From Desulfobacterales bacterium (lineage in GTDB: Bacteria > Desulfobacterota > Desulfobacteria > Desulfobacterales > JAHEIW01), in the NCBI GenBank assembly GCA_050116155.1, contig JASFPE010000001.1, positions 1 through 45,115 on the forward strand: DNA of 45,115 bases, given 5' to 3'. A program made the translations under genes and the position numbers. Of this stretch, positions 43,414 to 45,115 are shown piece by piece (position 1 is the stretch's first letter; every line of letters begins with the position of its first letter). The notes beneath the pieces were generated by a model. It saw only the letters and a list, made by a program, of their open reading frames with translations, had not been told where the DNA came from and did no database searches.

Positions 43414-44637
43414 TTAGATGATAGATTTGTGCTGCTGTTGTCCGGATAAGGTTGCCGTGTATTTGTGATAGGCCAGAATGCTGGTTGGCATGAGAATAAG
43501 CCCGCTGATGGTCAGAACGACATGCTGCGGAAGATATTCGAGCAAAAACCCATAGATAAGGATTGCCACAGGGATCGATATGTTTCCAACAGAAGAGACA
43601 AAACCAAATACACGCCCCATCATCATGTCATCCACTTCTTTTTGGAGTATGCTTCGAAAGCTGGTTCCCGCAAAAATGATACATCCCCCGAAAAAAAGGA
43701 AAAACACCAGAAAAGGCGCGATCACGCGTAGGCCGGAGATGTGCATGCCGCTGATCAATACCAGGATCAGGCCAATGAAAAAGACACTGCCGAAAAGAAA
43801 CACGACCTCTCTGTTGTTGATGCTGCGGATGCTGATCAACAGGGCCGCCAGGACCATACCGAGTCCGAAACAGGTCTGAATAAAGCCGATGTTTTGGGCG
43901 CCCCCGCCCTTCAAATCGGTGGCCAAAACCGGAATAATGGCCTCAATGGATCCCACAAAAAAATGGATCACACCCACCATCACCAAAATCATCATCAGGC
44001 CCTCCGTCTGATATACATACCGGCAACCTTCAATGATATCATCGACAAGTTTCGTTGTTTTCGAGGCTTTTTGATCTTTAAGGGGTATACGGATAAAGCT
44101 CTCGAACGCGGCCGAAAACAGATAGGATCCGGCATTGATGATGAAAACAGTCAAATATCCGGCCCAGGCCACCGTGAGGCCCCCCAGCATCGGTCCGATT
44201 ATCGTTGATATGCCGCTGACGAACTGGGTTTGTGAATTGGCCCGTGTCAATTGCTCGCGCTTGACAATTTGAGGAATGATGGCCGGAATGGCCGGATCGA
44301 AAAAGGCCGTGCATACCGAAAGCAAAAGCTGGGCGGCGAGTAGCACTGTAAAAGATAAGGCGTTGAAATAGTATAAAAAACAAAGTGCAGAGACGATCAG
44401 GCCCCTGGCCACATCTGCGCCCACGATGATGGTTTTACGGCTGTAGCGGTCGAGAAAGGCTCCGGAGATAAACCCTAATAACATGCTGGGGAAAACCGAA
44501 CAAAAGAGCACAATTCCCATTTTGGCCGGTGAGCCGGTGGTCTTCAATACCATGAAGGCGATCGCCAGCATATGGAATTTATCGCCGATTTGGGAGATTA
44601 ACTGTCCACTCAGCAGCAGGTTAAGATTTCTGTTCAC
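43414..44637 (-). CDS. MFS transporter
   Basis: About 12 TM helices. The N-terminal NRNLNLLLSGQLISQIGDKF block is typical of an MFS subfamily. I prefer GTG 44637 (GAGG upstream). The longest ORF, to 44736, would overlap the upstream gene. Confidence 0.75.
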   Translation of the reverse strand: MNRNLNLLLSGQLISQIGDKFHMLAIAFMVLKTTGSPAKMGIVLFCSVFPSMLLGFISGAFLDRYSRKTIIVGADVARGLIVSALCFLYYFNALSFTVLLAAQLLLSVCTAFFDPAIPAIIPQIVKREQLTRANSQTQFVSGISTIIGPMLGGLTVAWAGYLTVFIINAGSYLFSAAFESFIRIPLKDQKASKTTKLVDDIIEGCRYVYQTEGLMMILVMVGVIHFFVGSIEAIIPVLATDLKGGGAQNIGFIQTCFGLGMVLAALLISIRSINNREVVFLFGSVFFIGLILVLISGMHISGLRVIAPFLVFFLFFGGCIIFAGTSFRSILQKEVDDMMMGRVFGFVSSVGNISIPVAILIYGFLLEYLPQHVVLTISGLILMPTSILAYHKYTATLSGQQQHKSII

Positions 44638-44677
44638 GAAGGGTTGCCTCGCTATAGTTACATTTAGAAAATGGCCT

Positions 44678-44938
44678 TTAGTTGGGCTTATGCTCAGTGA
44701 GTTTATGACTGTGGGTAGAATCCAGGTCCAGATCATAAACCTTTTTAATTTTGCTAATTTTCTTTAAGGTTTTGTCATCGAACGGAAGCTTGCCTTCAAA
44801 CACATGCAGCACGATGCCTTCAATCAAATCCCCCAACGTCATGTCCAGGTATTCTGCCAAAGCCTTCAACACTTTTACGATACGCTTTTCAATGCGCATG
44901 CCGGTTTGTATGCGTTGTATTTTACGGTGGTTTTTCAT
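44678..44938 (-). CDS. Small protein with a possible ribbon-helix-helix DNA-binding N-terminus (86 aa)
   Basis: The TGMRIEKRIVKVLKALAEYLDMTLGDLIEGIVLH pattern fits a beta-strand, helix, helix arrangement. It sits upstream of and co-directional with the MFS gene. The assignment is tentative. Confidence 0.4.
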   Translation of the reverse strand: MKNHRKIQRIQTGMRIEKRIVKVLKALAEYLDMTLGDLIEGIVLHVFEGKLPFDDKTLKKISKIKKVYDLDLDSTHSHKLTEHKPN

Positions 44939-44991
44939 GTTTACCTCTATACATATATCATTTGGTATATTGGTAACAATTTATGATGGTG

Positions 44992-45075
44992 TTGTCAACA
45001 GGGAAGATATACTGCGGTTGGGAAGGTCTGTAAGATTATTTTTAGTAAAGAAATAATTAATTTTGTTCAACAGGG
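44992..45075. promoter_or_regulatory. Direct repeat TTGT(T)CAACAGGG x2 upstream of the RHH-like gene
   Basis: ttgtcaacaggg (44992-45003) and ttgttcaacaggg (45063-45075) lie in the putative promoter region. Function is conjectural. Confidence 0.25.
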
Positions 45076-45115
45076 CTGGTGTTTTGAGCGAAATTTAGTG
45101 GGTTGCCAATCGCAT

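Overview
This 45.1-kb window looks like a chromosomal segment from an anaerobe. The gene content (glycyl-radical enzyme, AOR-family tungsten/molybdenum enzyme, corrinoid methyltransferases, Tat-exported Fe-S protein) suggests a Desulfobacterota-like organism, but that is inference only. I support about 40 coding regions, mostly catabolic and transport genes. I saw no rRNA, tRNA, CRISPR array, transposase or integrase.

Left to right:
- a 5'-truncated molybdopterin oxidoreductase
- an M20 amidohydrolase and a TAXI-TRAP transporter
- a DJ-1/PfpI protein
- a long minus-strand operon: corrinoid protein, non-Pyl MtmB-like methyltransferase, non-Pyl MttB-like methyltransferase, and a four-gene polar-amino-acid ABC importer
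- an Fe-ADH, HIBADH-like dehydrogenase and enolase-superfamily dehydratase group
- an AT-richer islet with a membrane-split patatin-like lipase, an FHA/degenerate-GGDEF protein, an MBL hydrolase and several tiny genes
- a glycyl-radical-enzyme operon: FMN-dehydrogenase-like, GRE, activase, enolase-superfamily enzyme
- tex
- a YdhV/YdhX-like AOR plus Tat Fe-S pair followed by UbiA and DUF422-like membrane proteins
- an EamA transporter, two convergent gene fragments, a D-aminoacylase, a flavin reductase, an MFS transporter and a small RHH-like protein

Most interesting candidates:
1. The non-pyrrolysine MtmB homologue, which shares one corrinoid protein with an MttB homologue and an amino-acid importer.
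2. An orphan GRE whose Cys-loop general-base Glu is replaced by Tyr, in an unusual gene context.
3. An apparently Tat-exported AOR-family enzyme coupled to UbiA and DUF422 membrane proteins.

Several intergenic regions, including gaps inside operons, carry nested-palindromic repeat elements with tandem short-unit arms (7-nt units where clearest). All family assignments come from motif recognition by eye. No searches were run.
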